Shown here piece by piece: positions 28,996-38,187 of a DNA stretch of 64,000 bases. Made by a program: the position numbers and the translations under genes. The stretch comes from an uncultured Gammaproteobacteria bacterium (GTDB lineage: Bacteria > Patescibacteriota > Microgenomatia > UBA12405), in contig CAYUVY010000001.1 in NCBI GenBank assembly GCA_964448465.1, positions 25,196 through 89,195 of the forward strand, written 5' to 3'. How positions within the stretch are numbered: position 1 is the first letter of the stretch; each line of letters begins with the position of its first letter. The notes under the pieces were generated by a model. That model did no database searches. It was given only the letters and a program-made list of their open reading frames with translations, and had not been told where the DNA came from.

Positions 28996-29796
28996 ATGCC
29001 TCTTGTGGTAAAAGAAATTATCAGCATATATAAGTACAGAGAATTATTGTACCAGCTCACCCTGCGCGAAATAAAGTCCCGCTACAAACAGTCCATTCTT
29101 GGCTATTTTTGGGTTATTTTTAATCCCTTGGCTCAAATGATTGTCATGAGCTATGCCTTTTCCATTATTTTAAAAGTACCCACCAACGCCACCTCCAACA
29201 TTCCTTATTCTGTTTTTTTATTTACAGCTCTTTTACCTTGGAACCTGTTTGCTAATTCTTTAACTTCAGCCTCCAATTCCTTGGTTACTAATTCCGGTTT
29301 ACTTACAAAAATATATTTCCCTCGCACTATCCTACCTATTTCTACCATTCTCGCCAAAATCGTCGATTTTCTCTTTGCTAGCCTAATCTATATTATTTAT
29401 ATGCTTTGGTACCAAATACCCATAAATTTCAATGTACTCTGGATAATTCCAATATTTTTTATCCAATTAATTTTCACCACTGGTTTATCCTTGTTCCTTA
29501 GTGCTACCAATTTACTATATCGAGACATTCAATACCTCCTAGGCTTAATCTTAACGCTATGGATCTACATCACCCCCGTCTTTTACCCTGCCGACCTAAT
29601 TCCCGCCAAAGCCAGGTTTATCTTTCAATTTAATCCCATGGCCGTGATTATCAACGCCTACCGCCAAGTTATCCTAGCCGGTGGGAACCCCAATTTCACC
29701 AGTCTTTGGATAGCTCTAGTAGTCTCTGTTACTACACTAATTTTGGCCTTAGCTTATTTTAAACAGCAAGAAAAAACCTTTGCAGACAATGTTTAA
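28996..29796 (+). CDS. wzm: ABC-2 type polysaccharide/teichoic-acid exporter permease
   Basis: YKYRELLYQLTLREIKSRYKQSILGYFWVIFNPLAQM is a classic Wzm/TagG N-terminal signature. Six predicted TM segments. Confidence 0.8.
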   Translation: MPLVVKEIISIYKYRELLYQLTLREIKSRYKQSILGYFWVIFNPLAQMIVMSYAFSIILKVPTNATSNIPYSVFLFTALLPWNLFANSLTSASNSLVTNSGLLTKIYFPRTILPISTILAKIVDFLFASLIYIIYMLWYQIPINFNVLWIIPIFFIQLIFTTGLSLFLSATNLLYRDIQYLLGLILTLWIYITPVFYPADLIPAKARFIFQFNPMAVIINAYRQVILAGGNPNFTSLWIALVVSVTTLILALAYFKQQEKTFADNV

Positions 29797-30529
29797 TCCA
29801 ACCCCCATCATCCAATTTAAAAACGTAACCAAGAAGTTCTCCTTTAACAAGCAGAAAACCTTCAAAGAATTTATCCCGGCCCTACTAGGTCAGCAAGAAA
29901 CCAAAACTATGTTTACAGCTCTAGATAACATCAGCTTCGAAGTATATCCTGGTGAAACCGTAGGAATAATTGGCCCCAACGGTAGTGGCAAGTCTACTAT
30001 CTTAAAACTAATTGCCAACGTCACTAGTCCCACCTCGGGAGAAGTTATTGTCAACGGCCGAGTCTCGCCATTAATTGAACTGGGGGCGGGCTTTCATCCA
30101 GATCTAACTGGGCGCGAAAATATATTTTTAAACGGCAGCATTCTTGGCCTAACTCAAAAGGAAATAAAGCACAATTACAAAAGTATTGTCGACTTTGCCG
30201 AGCTTGCCGAATTTATTGACCAGCCAGTCAAGCACTACAGTTCTGGCATGTATATGCGCCTAGCCTTTGCTGTGGCTGTACACACTAACCCACAAATCCT
30301 CCTGGTCGACGAAATCCTAGCAGTAGGGGACTCCACCTACCAAGCCAAATGCTTTAAAAAAATGGAAGAGTTCAAAAAATCCGGCGTAACTATCATCTTC
30401 GTCTCCCATTCTTTATCTTCTATTAGAAATTTTTGTGATAAAACAATATCTCTTAGCAAAGCAACAATAAAATATCAAGGTAAGACAGCCGATGTCCTAA
30501 ACAAAACAACAAGTCATGAACAAAGTTAA
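29780..30529 (+). CDS. wzt: ABC transporter ATP-binding protein, short form (no C-terminal glycan-binding domain)
   Basis: Walker A GPNGSGKST, signature YSSGMYMRLAFA, and Walker B LLVDEILAVGD. Confidence 0.85.
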   Translation: MQTMFNPTPIIQFKNVTKKFSFNKQKTFKEFIPALLGQQETKTMFTALDNISFEVYPGETVGIIGPNGSGKSTILKLIANVTSPTSGEVIVNGRVSPLIELGAGFHPDLTGRENIFLNGSILGLTQKEIKHNYKSIVDFAELAEFIDQPVKHYSSGMYMRLAFAVAVHTNPQILLVDEILAVGDSTYQAKCFKKMEEFKKSGVTIIFVSHSLSSIRNFCDKTISLSKATIKYQGKTADVLNKTTSHEQS

Positions 30530-31940
30530 TATTGGCAATAGCTTGAAAATTAATCATATTAAAAACAGTAATCAGCTTAAGACCCCCTCCAAAGTTAATG
30601 TACAATTTACAACAATTTCCGACTTAAAAAGAATTATAAAAAAAATAAAGATTTCTAAGTATTTTAAGGTTATGAATTTTTTTAAAATATACGAGAATAA
30701 GAAATTAAATAATCAAGGAAATGCTGCAAAGCATAAAGCTTTAGTAGAAATTGAGTACTATTCAAAACCTGTTACTTTCAAAGTATGGCGTAAATATAAC
30801 AACATAAAGGGTATAATTTTGCACTTACTTCTTGGCGTATTCTTGCTTATACCAAGCTTATTCTACTTATTGGCAACAATCATCTACATTGTTTATTTCA
30901 CAATTTATGAACAATTAATGCGGGGTAAAAAAAGATTCCTAAACCTAAAACCAGAGGAATGTAGGCTAGACGGAATTAGCTTCATAATCCCCACTTGGAA
31001 CAAAAGAGACATGGTAGTTAAGTGCATTAAGCTGCTTGACCAAGCTATTGTTGCAGAAAATCAAGGACTAAATTGTGAAATAATTGTCGTCGACAATGGT
31101 TCAAAGGACGGAACTTATCAGGCTTTATTAAATTTATCTACTAAAACAAAACTGGAAATTATTAAAAACGAAATTAACTTGGGATATGCCAAGGGAATAA
31201 ACGAAGCGGTGGATAAATCAAAATATAATTATGTTTACCTCCTAAACAACGACATGGAGGTACAAAACGGCTTTTTGGCATCTTTAATATCTTTTGCTAA
31301 AAATAAAATTGACAAAAGTGAAAAATTTTTTGGCTTAGCGTCCCAAATATTTTTCTTTGACCCAAAGAAAAGAAGGGAGGAGTCAGGCAAAACTTATTGT
31401 CAGCCCAAAGCAGGCTTTATCAACATAGCCCATGTTGTTAGCAAGCAGAATTTGACTCAAAATTCTATTACGCTTTATCCGGGTGGCGGGTCATCGCTTA
31501 TTAATAAACATGTCTTCAACAAACTTGGACAGTATGATTATAAATCCTATACACCTCTTTACTGTGAGGACCTAGATCTTGGTTACTTAGCCTGGAAATA
31601 TGGCTATCCCTCTTATTTTATTTCCAAGTCACACGTCATCCATCACCACCAATCCTCTACTAAAAAGTTAAACAAGGACCCAACCTATTTTTTATACAAA
31701 AATCTATTAGTATTTATCTTAAAAAATTTTACTTCTCCAAAAGTAATCTTAAAACACACATTGCTTTTTGTTCCACAGCTTATTGTCAACACAAAATACA
31801 CCAGGTATGCACTTGAGACGATCAAAAACATTCACAATATTTTTGCATCTAGACTTAAACTTGCTCAATATCAACCAATGCACACAGATCAACAACTAGA
31901 AAATTTTATATTATTTGAAGCGATATATAAAGATGATTGA
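30516..31940 (+). CDS. Glycosyltransferase family 2 (GT2) with N-terminal extension of about 150 aa and a TM segment
   Basis: ISFIIPTWNKRDMVVKCIKLL...VDNGSKDGT and EDLDLGY motifs. A hydrophobic stretch HLLLGVFLLIPSLFYLLATIIYIVYF precedes the catalytic domain. Confidence 0.75.
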   Translation: MNKVNIGNSLKINHIKNSNQLKTPSKVNVQFTTISDLKRIIKKIKISKYFKVMNFFKIYENKKLNNQGNAAKHKALVEIEYYSKPVTFKVWRKYNNIKGIILHLLLGVFLLIPSLFYLLATIIYIVYFTIYEQLMRGKKRFLNLKPEECRLDGISFIIPTWNKRDMVVKCIKLLDQAIVAENQGLNCEIIVVDNGSKDGTYQALLNLSTKTKLEIIKNEINLGYAKGINEAVDKSKYNYVYLLNNDMEVQNGFLASLISFAKNKIDKSEKFFGLASQIFFFDPKKRREESGKTYCQPKAGFINIAHVVSKQNLTQNSITLYPGGGSSLINKHVFNKLGQYDYKSYTPLYCEDLDLGYLAWKYGYPSYFISKSHVIHHHQSSTKKLNKDPTYFLYKNLLVFILKNFTSPKVILKHTLLFVPQLIVNTKYTRYALETIKNIHNIFASRLKLAQYQPMHTDQQLENFILFEAIYKDD

Positions 31941-33153
31941 AAATAAAAAGATACTTTTAGTAACTGCCATCTCTCCAGTCCCCAAATCCAGTGGTGGTGC
32001 TGTTCGTATTTACAACACAATCAAAGAACTATCTAAACATTTTGACCTTCACCTAGTTATCTTCAAAGACTCTAGGTATAAATTTAGCCAAGAAGATACT
32101 AATTTTTTAACTTGCAACAGCAAGTCCTGGACTAGCTATAACGCTAATCCAAACAAAACGGAGCAAACATTTATTGACTTTAGCCAGCCCTACTGGTTTT
32201 CCGACTGGTATAGTCCAGAAGCCATTATAGGTATCAACCAAATTATCAAAAGGTACAATATACTTACCGTACACATTGAGTTAACACAATTATTATACTT
32301 GTACGATTATTTACCTGAACATATCTATAAAATATTTGTAGCCGAAGATATTTCTACTATCTCCTTTTTAAGAAGATTAGGCGAAATTAAGAGCCTAAAA
32401 ACGAAAATAATACATCTTTTTCGTTGGCTAGAAATATATTATTACGAAAAAAAGTATCTAAAAAAATATGATTTGGTAGCCTCAGTTTCTGAGTATGATA
32501 AAAAGATACTTCAAGACAGATTTAATCTTAAAAATGTGATTTGCATTCCAAATGGAATCGAAACTATAGATTTTCAAGAAATTAAAACAACTAAAAGGGA
32601 AATTCGACTTGGCTATTTTGGCTCATTTAGCCACCCACCCAACAAATACGCCTTTATTTATTTCTTAAACAAGATTGCCCCATTATTAGAAAAAAACAAA
32701 ATAAAATACACTTTTTACTTAGCTGGCAAAAATGATCCAGCAGAAGTGATTGATTTAGTAAACAAGTCAGAACTAAAAAACAAGAAGTCTATTCTCGATT
32801 TAGGATTTGTAAAAGAAGTTAAGGAGTTCTATAAAAATATAGACATACTAGTAACTCCCATATCTTCAGGCTCAGGATCAAGAATAAAAATACTAGAATC
32901 ACTCGGGCTTGGCACACCGGTAATTTCCTCCCAAATCGGAGCAGAAGGCAACAACATAGTCTCACCCTATCTAAAAATAGCTAACAACGAATCGGAATTT
33001 GTCGAACAAATAGTCTTAACTCACAAACAATTGCTAAACAAAAGCTTATTTAGCCACCAAACCAATCTGAAAACCCAAATTCAATCTCAACTCTGGTCAT
33101 CCATAATATCAACATACGCAAAAATTATTGTTAATATAAACATATATAAATAA
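31933..33153 (+). CDS. Glycosyltransferase family 4 (GT4)
   Basis: KILLVTAISPVPKSSGGAVRIYNTIKELSKH is a GT4 N-domain signature. The ATG at 31933 overlaps the upstream stop (ATGATTGA). The track start is a TTG at 31915. Confidence 0.7.
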   Translation: MIENKKILLVTAISPVPKSSGGAVRIYNTIKELSKHFDLHLVIFKDSRYKFSQEDTNFLTCNSKSWTSYNANPNKTEQTFIDFSQPYWFSDWYSPEAIIGINQIIKRYNILTVHIELTQLLYLYDYLPEHIYKIFVAEDISTISFLRRLGEIKSLKTKIIHLFRWLEIYYYEKKYLKKYDLVASVSEYDKKILQDRFNLKNVICIPNGIETIDFQEIKTTKREIRLGYFGSFSHPPNKYAFIYFLNKIAPLLEKNKIKYTFYLAGKNDPAEVIDLVNKSELKNKKSILDLGFVKEVKEFYKNIDILVTPISSGSGSRIKILESLGLGTPVISSQIGAEGNNIVSPYLKIANNESEFVEQIVLTHKQLLNKSLFSHQTNLKTQIQSQLWSSIISTYAKIIVNINIYK

Positions 33154-33154
33154 T

Positions 33155-33943
33155 GTGAAGCCCCTATATCCAATACCTTACGCTAACCATAATATTGATA
33201 ATCTTGCCTCCATTCTGGGCAAATGGCCCATTTATTGCCCGATTTGTGACAGTTTTTCATACATCAGCCATATCGATGCACAGAACCTCCGGGAGAGTTG
33301 TATTTGTCATCGCTGTAAATCTACCAACAGACAAAGACAATTGGCTATCGGCATATTGGAATTTCTAAAACTAAAAAAACTAAAAGACATATTTAAACTA
33401 GACATCAATATATACAACACCGAGACGGGTGGTGCTCTACACAATCTACTAAAAACACACCAAAATTATCAATCAAGCGAATACTTTGGACCAAAATATA
33501 AAAGTGGAGATATTATTAACAACACAATGAACCAGGATTTAATGGGGTTATCATTTAAAAACAACATCTTTGATCTTGTCTTATCAAGCGAAGTATTTGA
33601 ACATATTCCAGATCCATACAAAGCCCACACAGAAGTGCACCGAGTACTTAAAAAAGAAGGAGCACACATATTTACAGTACCCTTTTATCAAACCGGATAT
33701 ACTGATGAAAAAAGAGCCTTTGTTGACAGTAAGGGAAAACTTAAGCACCTACTACCTCCCCAATACCACCTTGACGGTATCAGACCAGACGAAGGCATTC
33801 TTGTTTACAACATATTCTCAATAGAGATGCTTGGTAAACTTGATAGTATTGGCTTAAAGACAGCATTGTATTTACTACATAAAATTAATTTAGGTATCCT
33901 GGGAAATAATTGTACTTTATTTATTGCAGTTAAAAACTCATAG
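33155..33943 (+). CDS. Class I SAM-dependent methyltransferase with N-terminal Cys4 zinc-ribbon
   Basis: CPICDS...CICHRC gives a CxxC-x20-CxC-xx-C motif. MTase motifs FDLVLSSEVFEHIPDP and KKEGAHIFTVPF. Confidence 0.6.
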   Translation: MKPLYPIPYANHNIDNLASILGKWPIYCPICDSFSYISHIDAQNLRESCICHRCKSTNRQRQLAIGILEFLKLKKLKDIFKLDINIYNTETGGALHNLLKTHQNYQSSEYFGPKYKSGDIINNTMNQDLMGLSFKNNIFDLVLSSEVFEHIPDPYKAHTEVHRVLKKEGAHIFTVPFYQTGYTDEKRAFVDSKGKLKHLLPPQYHLDGIRPDEGILVYNIFSIEMLGKLDSIGLKTALYLLHKINLGILGNNCTLFIAVKNS

Positions 33944-33990
33944 TCTTTTTACGAATTAAGACCGATACGAAGTAAGTGATAAAATAAACC

Positions 33991-34797
33991 ATGATTTACG
34001 ATTGCTTCATGATTTACAACGAGCTTGAAATGTTAAAGATTAGACTTAACATACTCTCAAAATACGTCGATTATTTTGTAATAGTAGAGTCTACGCATAC
34101 TCACTCCGGTAAACCGAAGAAGCTGTATTTTAAAGAAAACAAAAACAAATTTAAGAAATTTTTAAACCAAATTGTGTATATAGTTGTAGATGATTTGAAC
34201 AACGCTCCTATAATAACAGACAAACCACCGTACGATAAAATAGAATTATTTCAATTAAATCCTTTAACCTGGTCAAGGGAGTTCTACCAAAGAAATTGCA
34301 TTACCAGAGGTCTAATAAACGCAAAAGATAGTGATCTTATCTTAATCGGAGATATAGATGAAATTCCAAAACCAGAAAAAATTAAATTAGTTAAATATTC
34401 ACAAAAACCTACTTGCTTTGAACAAGACTTTTATTATTACTTTCTAAACTGTCTTTCGAGCGAAAAATGGAGAAAGGGAACAAAAGGCATATATAAAAAA
34501 TTTCTCACTACTCCACAAGAAATAAGACATGTAGACTACAACAATTCACACTTACTCAAAGATGCTGGATGGCACTTTTCATATCTTGGTGGTAGGGAGC
34601 AAATAGTAAAAAAAATTGACTCATTTAGCCATCAAGAACTTAATAATATAGAAATAACAAATTTTAAAAGATTAAAATTCAACATTGATAATAATTTGGA
34701 TATATTTGACAGACCTTATACTTACAAAATTGTAAAGATTAATAACAAATACCCACACTACATTATTAATAATAAAAAATACTTAGTAAATTTATAA
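33991..34797 (+). CDS. Glycosyltransferase family 17-like (MGAT3/bisecting-GlcNAc-transferase family homolog)
   Basis: N-terminal signature MIYDCFMIYNELEMLKIRLNILSKYVDYFVIVESTHTHSGKPKKLYF matches the Glyco_transf_17 hallmark DxFxFxNExDxLxxRLxxLxxxVDxFVIVES...GxxKPL. Confidence 0.7.
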   Translation: MIYDCFMIYNELEMLKIRLNILSKYVDYFVIVESTHTHSGKPKKLYFKENKNKFKKFLNQIVYIVVDDLNNAPIITDKPPYDKIELFQLNPLTWSREFYQRNCITRGLINAKDSDLILIGDIDEIPKPEKIKLVKYSQKPTCFEQDFYYYFLNCLSSEKWRKGTKGIYKKFLTTPQEIRHVDYNNSHLLKDAGWHFSYLGGREQIVKKIDSFSHQELNNIEITNFKRLKFNIDNNLDIFDRPYTYKIVKINNKYPHYIINNKKYLVNL

Positions 34798-35038
34798 AAA
34801 AGAAAACAAAAATTTCTAATATAATATTAGACCTAAGGAGCGAAATAATTCTAAACAGAAAATTAATCTCAAAATTACACCACGAAAAAGAACAAGAAAT
34901 ATCAAGTATTAGAAATGAATTGTTTGAAACTAAACAGACGTTGTCTAGAATATATAATTCAAAAACATGGAAAATCTCTACTGCGTATCAGGGTATTAAA
35001 TCCAAAATATCAAAAATATTTAATAGATAAACAAGCGA

Positions 35039-36769
35039 TTAATTTGTTCTAGTACAGCGGTAGATCAATGTATTCTCAAACAACGCTAGGCTTTGAAAAT
35101 ACCAAGCAGATTTATCTAACTCAAGCTTCTTGCAAACTCGATTTCGGTTCCAATAAATTATTTCTAAATTTAACCACTGCTTATCGCCAATTACCAATAT
35201 ACTCTTCTCAGCATCAACTCTCTTCAATAGCAGTTTAAAATTCTCTGAGACCAGCTTGCTGTTAATCAATTCAACATATCTTGTTTCATCAACGGCATTT
35301 ACTATATTTGCACCTTTATAACTAGCCAAATATGCGAAAAAAGATTCCGGTCCACGAAAAGCAACTACAACCGTTTCCTTCTCTCCAATTATCGACTCGT
35401 ATCCATTTACCATATCGTCTAGCCGATCTTTCCCCAATAATTTTAGACTATCTATATATGTTTTTACAAAAAAAGGCCTATTGGCAGTATTTTGTAACCA
35501 AATCAAGTTAGGTCGCCAACCAAAATCAGTTGAAACCGAAGTAAAACACAAGATCACAAAAACAACGAATAGCAGCCACCACCTCTTTAATCTAAGGCTG
35601 TAATTAAGTTTTAATGCGTATACTAAATACAACCAATAAACTGCAGCAAAAGTTAACAAATAGCGCGAGTAACCCATTAGCACCGACCAAATCAAATAAC
35701 AAAAAATAAATATAATATATTTCCACTTTCTTTTAATTAGTAACAAATACCACGATAGCAAGTAGGGGAATGCCCAAAAACACGCAAAAAAGTACTTAGC
35801 TTCAGTTTTTACAATACCTTCTCCAAATCTTTGAGTAAATTGAGCCATTACCGGCCATGCCAATATCTCTTGCCAATTTTGTGGCCCCCACCTCGTGTCT
35901 TTAAAACTAACCAATGCATAAAATGGTGACTTAAAAAATCCATTGTATAAAAATGAAATTGGGTTTCCAGTATTTATGTATGATGCTCCAAAAAATATAA
36001 ACACAAACAATACAATTAATATTACCCAAAACCATTTAATTTCTCTTTTATTTTGCCAGACAAAGTATAAAAATATTGGCATTAAGACAATCCCAGCAGA
36101 TTGTTTGATTATCATTGATAGCAAACCCACAATAACTCCCAATGTTCGATTACCTGTCTTAACAACAAGCTGATAAAACATTTCCAAACCCAAAACAAGC
36201 GTCAAAAAATCTACCATAAATGTTGTGTGGGTTGCCATCAGGTGAGGAACAAAAAATATGTATATAAAAATAATGTCCCACCATATCTTTTTATTATTAT
36301 TTTTCTCTACTTGCTTTAGTCTTAAATTAATCGAGGCGTACCATGCAATCAACAAAATACCATTAAATAGTAAACTTAACCTTATCCCAAAAACCTTTAA
36401 TAATAACGGATATCCCAACTGGGCAACAGGATAAATATATGAACCAAAATCTAGGGGCAAAAAATTTACTGCCTGCCAAATATTTTTTGCATACCATCCA
36501 GCCTCCAAGTGGAAAGCAAAATCATCATAAACAGGATAATAAATAGGGAAGCGACTCAATAAGACTACCCACAGAGGCACGGTCCACCACCAATCGATTA
36601 AATAAAATTTAATTTGCTTGTCCTTATTATTTCTCCACAAAACATACCAAATTATTATCCACAAAATCAATAATCCCCATCCAAAATAATCACTAATATT
36701 AAAAACCGAAATCACGGCCAGCATCACCACCCCTGCCAACAAAAAACTAATATAAATCAATCTTGCCAT
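35039..36769 (-). CDS. Large polytopic membrane protein with C-terminal soluble domain; possible GT-C-like glycosyltransferase
   Basis: 576 aa with more than 12 hydrophobic segments. A YPVYDDFAFH acidic motif is near the N-terminus. The C-terminal 150 aa are hydrophilic. Confidence 0.45.
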   Translation of the reverse strand: MARLIYISFLLAGVVMLAVISVFNISDYFGWGLLILWIIIWYVLWRNNKDKQIKFYLIDWWWTVPLWVVLLSRFPIYYPVYDDFAFHLEAGWYAKNIWQAVNFLPLDFGSYIYPVAQLGYPLLLKVFGIRLSLLFNGILLIAWYASINLRLKQVEKNNNKKIWWDIIFIYIFFVPHLMATHTTFMVDFLTLVLGLEMFYQLVVKTGNRTLGVIVGLLSMIIKQSAGIVLMPIFLYFVWQNKREIKWFWVILIVLFVFIFFGASYINTGNPISFLYNGFFKSPFYALVSFKDTRWGPQNWQEILAWPVMAQFTQRFGEGIVKTEAKYFFACFWAFPYLLSWYLLLIKRKWKYIIFIFCYLIWSVLMGYSRYLLTFAAVYWLYLVYALKLNYSLRLKRWWLLFVVFVILCFTSVSTDFGWRPNLIWLQNTANRPFFVKTYIDSLKLLGKDRLDDMVNGYESIIGEKETVVVAFRGPESFFAYLASYKGANIVNAVDETRYVELINSKLVSENFKLLLKRVDAEKSILVIGDKQWLNLEIIYWNRNRVCKKLELDKSAWYFQSLALFENTLIYRCTRTN

Positions 36770-36798
36770 AACTTTTCTTCATGATATCATTATGACAA

Positions 36799-38187
36799 AT
36801 GCTTTTCAGCTCGAATATATTTTTACTAATATTCCTTCCCGCAATCCTTCTTTTGTATTTCTCGGTCTCCAAAATATTTAAAAATCCAAATAATTTTCTA
36901 AATTTAATACTTATCTTTTTTAGCCTATTTTTTTACTATTGGGGCAGTGGCAAATTTATTCTAATCTTCTTCTGTTCCATCATGTTAAATTTTCTTTTAG
37001 GCCAATTAATTGCAAAAAAAACAAACTTAAAAAAATATTTTTTATTTCTTGGCATTACTGGCAACATTTCCTTACTTATATATTTCAAATATTTTCAATT
37101 TTTTTATCAGCAAACATCTTTTTTACTTCATCTTGGTCTACCACCACTAAATCCTATATTTCTCCCCATTGGTATTTCCTTTTATTCTTTTATGGCCATT
37201 TCCTATCTTGTAGATGTTTACCAACAAAAACAAAAACCTGCAAACCTCCTCAGCTTTACACTGTATATTAGTTTGTTCCCTCATTTAGTTGCTGGACCAA
37301 TTGTCCGCTATCAGGAAATTGCCGACAGTATTAAGAAACGAAGTCCCAACACAGATCAGTTTTTCAATGGACTATGGCGATTTTCCCTGGGACTTGGTAA
37401 AAAAGTAATTATTGCCAATTCCGTAGGACAGCTTGCTGATAAAGTTTTTAGCCTCCCGTTAAACGAAATTGGCTCGCTACTCGCAATTTTGGGAGTACTT
37501 GCTTATACAATTCAAATCTATTTCGATTTTTCTGGTTACTCCGATATGGCGATAGGTCTTGCCAGTTTCTTTGGTTTTACTTTTCCTGAAAATTTCAATC
37601 ATCCTTACCGTGCTGTTTCCATCACTGACTTTTGGCGTCGTTGGCACATGTCTCTATCCCGATTTTTTCGTGACTATCTGTATATACCCCTAGGTGGTAG
37701 TCGTACAGGATCTGCCAGAACCTATTTCAACCTACTTGTTGTCTTTATTCTCTGTGGTCTTTGGCATGGTGCAGCTTGGACCTTTGTAGCCTGGGGTTTA
37801 TACCACGGATTGTTACTAACCATCGAAAGAATTGCTAAGAACAAATTTAATTTTGAACCAAGTGGCATAATATTTCAGTTATTTACTTTCTTACTGGTTT
37901 CTATTGGCTGGATAATATTTCGTTCACCGAACCTTACCTTTGCATTATCTTACGTAAAAAATATATTTTCGTTTACTAACACCATACCTGAGTTTTACAC
38001 ACTTCGATATTTTGTACCCAACAACATTGCTTTCTTTTTAGCGCTTGGCTTGTTACTTTCATTCATACCAGCAACCAAACCAAAAAACGTTGTCATTTGC
38101 GGACTTGTCTCCATATTTATACTAATACTTTCACTTGCCTATCTATCCAAAACCTCATTTACTCCTTTTATATATTTTCAATTTTAA
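36799..38187 (+). CDS. MBOAT-family membrane O-acyltransferase (AlgI/DltB-like)
   Basis: WRRWHMSLSRFFRDYLYIPLGG and FPHLVAGPIVRY are hallmark MBOAT/AlgI motifs. The conserved His is in GLWHGAAW. Confidence 0.85.
   Translation: MLFSSNIFLLIFLPAILLLYFSVSKIFKNPNNFLNLILIFFSLFFYYWGSGKFILIFFCSIMLNFLLGQLIAKKTNLKKYFLFLGITGNISLLIYFKYFQFFYQQTSFLLHLGLPPLNPIFLPIGISFYSFMAISYLVDVYQQKQKPANLLSFTLYISLFPHLVAGPIVRYQEIADSIKKRSPNTDQFFNGLWRFSLGLGKKVIIANSVGQLADKVFSLPLNEIGSLLAILGVLAYTIQIYFDFSGYSDMAIGLASFFGFTFPENFNHPYRAVSITDFWRRWHMSLSRFFRDYLYIPLGGSRTGSARTYFNLLVVFILCGLWHGAAWTFVAWGLYHGLLLTIERIAKNKFNFEPSGIIFQLFTFLLVSIGWIIFRSPNLTFALSYVKNIFSFTNTIPEFYTLRYFVPNNIAFFLALGLLLSFIPATKPKNVVICGLVSIFILILSLAYLSKTSFTPFIYFQF

Noticed and set aside
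34836-34840. AGGAG in the 240-bp spacer as a genuine ribosome-binding site for a small protein.
   Set aside because: No canonical start codon lies 5-10 nt downstream. It is retained only as a low-interest finding, not as a feature.
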